Origin: Octopus vulgaris
Lineage: Eukaryota
Reading direction: 5' to 3'
NCBI GenBank assembly: GCA_951406725.2
Contig: OX597816.1
Span: 88,536,001-88,600,000 of the forward strand
Length of the DNA stretch: 64,000 nucleotides
The notes under the pieces are model-generated. The model had not been told where the DNA came from and did no database searches. It saw only the letters and a list, made by a program, of their open reading frames with translations. Below are positions 61,557-64,000 of the stretch, in pieces. The translations under genes and the position numbers were made by a program. Positions within the stretch are counted from its first letter, which is position 1; each line of letters starts with the position of its first letter.

Positions 61557-61566
61557 TGCTACTACA

Positions 61567-61633
<67 letters not shown>

Positions 61634-61650
61634 TTACTTCTACTACTATT
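61381..61650. repeat. Compound microsatellite (TTC)n-(TTA)n-(CTA)n
   Basis: Direct reading of the sequence. Confidence 0.97.
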
Positions 61651-61992
61651 TTTCCTACGCTTTTGTTTCTTCTATTGATATTATTATTGTTATTGTTGCT
61701 ACTAAAGATTTTGTTTATTTTTCTTCTCTTTAACCTTAATCTTATTCCACCTCATTTTCCTCCTCATTTCCCAACGTTACCAATCAACATTGGCTTCCTC
61801 TTAAACATCTTCAACTGGCCCCCCTGATATTTCTACGTCGTAAACCTGTTTTCTTCACACATAATATTAACATACTGTATATAATTTATATTTACTGATT
61901 CTTTCATCTTTAGTTATGAAGATATTCGTTTATGATTAAATTAAATCCTAGATTAAAGATTTATTCTATTTATACACACACACGTGTGTTTG

Positions 61993-62055
<63 letters not shown>

Positions 62056-62344
62056 TTATGTATGTATGTATGTATGTATATATATGTATGTGTGCATGTA
62101 TGTATGTATAAATTCTTATATACCTGCCATAGATTCAACTCAATAGCTGCGGTCATGCTGTGGCACCGCCAATAGTTTTGCGACACTTTCATTACTTGAA
62201 ACCTTCTCTGATATATGGCATTTGGTGAATGACTGAGTTTGATTTTGCAGCCCTCATTTGCGTTTCCTGCCGAGTCTAAACTCGGTTTATGAACATCTCT
62301 CATCCCAAACAAAGCGGTTTGCGAACAATATTTCGAACATAAAA

Positions 62345-64000
62345 TGTCTCGAGTAACGAAAGACCATTCAGAGAAAGCACCGATAACACTAATTCACCCA
62401 ACAAGCAAACAGGCAACAACAATTGGTGACAAGCTAGGAGTATCACCAGCAGAGCATCAGTTGCTGACTACTTTTCACTGAATGCACATCCCTGCTCGAG
62501 TTCTTAAATTTGTCTGGTGATACGCTGCGGTAGAGTCGTGCGACTTCTTTGGGCATGTATTCTAGGTTATCAGACAGTGTTGCTCAAGGGGCTGCCTTCC
62601 AAGTCCTATGATGTTATCAACCTCATGTATGCAAACTTGGTCACGGGATGTTCTTTGACACTTGGTGATTAAAAGATGTTGCCGAAGGGATATGATGCGA
62701 TATTCAAAGACATTTGCGATCGACTCAAGCCACTTCCTCCTTGTGTTCATTTTAGGTAGAGGCGGTCTACATCACTGTCTATGTGGAAATTATGTGTGCT
62801 TGTTAGTATTTTTCGGGTTTTCACATGGTTTGATCTCATCAAGCGTCCAATCAAGCAACCCAAATGTAGGTATGAGTACTGGTACTGCAAACACAATGTG
62901 GGCCAATGTTTTATTGAATGCAGAGGGCTCTGAGGTCCAAATTTTTTTCGGCTGTAATATTCTTTAGTGACACGTGTTTTGTTATAGGTGCTACTGTAGA
63001 ATTTTAACTTCTTGTACAAATATCCAACGATCAAGTCTCTTCCAGGTGCTTTTCCATCTTGGAGTTTCTGGATCACAGTTGCGAGAGTTTCACCATCAAT
63101 GTTCTATGTTTTGGATGTAATGCAAGAGCAATAACTTTTCTGATTTCTTCCAGCCACAGAGCATCTTGGTTAAATTCCTTCTCTTCACTCCAGATTTTCC
63201 TCCAGAAGGAATCTATGTGTTCTCGTGAAGGAGCTTTCGTGATGTTTACTGCCCCTCCTCTCATGTCTCTGTATACTGCTGCCTGATTGCGATTAAATCT
63301 TTTGTTTATTTTTCGTCTCTCTGTAATTGTCTTCTGAAGTCAGAGTTTTTCACTGACAGCTTTTAGCTCCTGCTTGAGAGTAATCAGTTTGCAAGTGAGT
63401 GTCTTCTTTTTGCTGTGTCCAAACATCATTTCTATCTCCTTCTTTATTTTCTGTTTGTGGAACGTATAGTGATTTGCTTGTTTGAATGCAATAAGCATCC
63501 TTACATGACTGATGGCCTTCCGTAAACCAGTTATCTTTTTCTTTGCCTTCAAAACCCAAGATGGTACTTTATTTGTTATTTCGGGTTTGTTTACTTTTTG
63601 AATATTATTCATGTGTTGTTTTACAGTAGTAGCCAGAGCATATAGACAGGCGTTAATCTGCCAGTATGTGGGTTCATCACACTGTTGTAAATACTCATCA
63701 CCAATTTCATTAACAGCTTTTGATACCGTATCTGGTGTTTTTTGTTACTTACTTAGGTAGAGAATACCCTCTCCTCGGGAGAGTCCTTCAAAACCAAAGT
63801 TTTTTCTCCGAAAAATTTCAGTAAGGGCACAGTTCACTGGCATATAATCTTGACTACCACTACTTCTACAATAATCGCTGCGGTTGTGCCTGCTATTTAC
63901 TATAATCGTAGTAGGGGGACAGTGGTCAGTAACTCGAGCCAGTCAAGTAGGTTGGCTGGCAGGCACTATAGAATCTGTCGGGAAGTCGCTACCTGCAAAA
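62345..64000 (-). mobile_element. R4/Dong-like non-LTR retrotransposon, decayed N-terminal and RT region, running off the window end
   Basis: Minus-strand ORF pieces APSREHIDSFWRKIWSEEKEFNQDALWL, KLQDGKAPGRDLIVGYLYKKL and VPSWVLKAKKKITGLRKAIS are typical of the pre-RT region of this clade. Confidence 0.82.

Overview
This is an AT-rich, microsatellite-dense eukaryotic intergenic or intronic window with no intact host gene that I can support; nearly all listed ORFs are translations of (TA)n, (CA)n, (TACA)n or triplet repeats. The SINE families and repeat landscape suggest an octopus (cephalopod) genome, which is an inference. Recognisable content: tRNA-derived SINEs (one with four tandem tRNA heads, one dimeric Nin/Deu-domain SINE), decayed mariner/Tc1 transposons, a non-autonomous Helitron with both ends, fragments of R4/Dong, RTE, HERO-like and CR1/L2-like LINEs, and a decayed Penelope-like element (RT + GIY-YIG). 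The most notable signal is five non-coding fold-back (long inverted-repeat) elements of distinct sequence plus two solo copies, all adjoining (TA)n tracts. Each carries a complete or partial minimal hammerhead-ribozyme motif (CUGANGA...stem II...GAAAC-palindrome-GUH). In every fold-back the ribozyme strands point outward, and the stem III loop differs between families but stays palindromic. Coordinates were read by eye and boundaries may be off by several bases.
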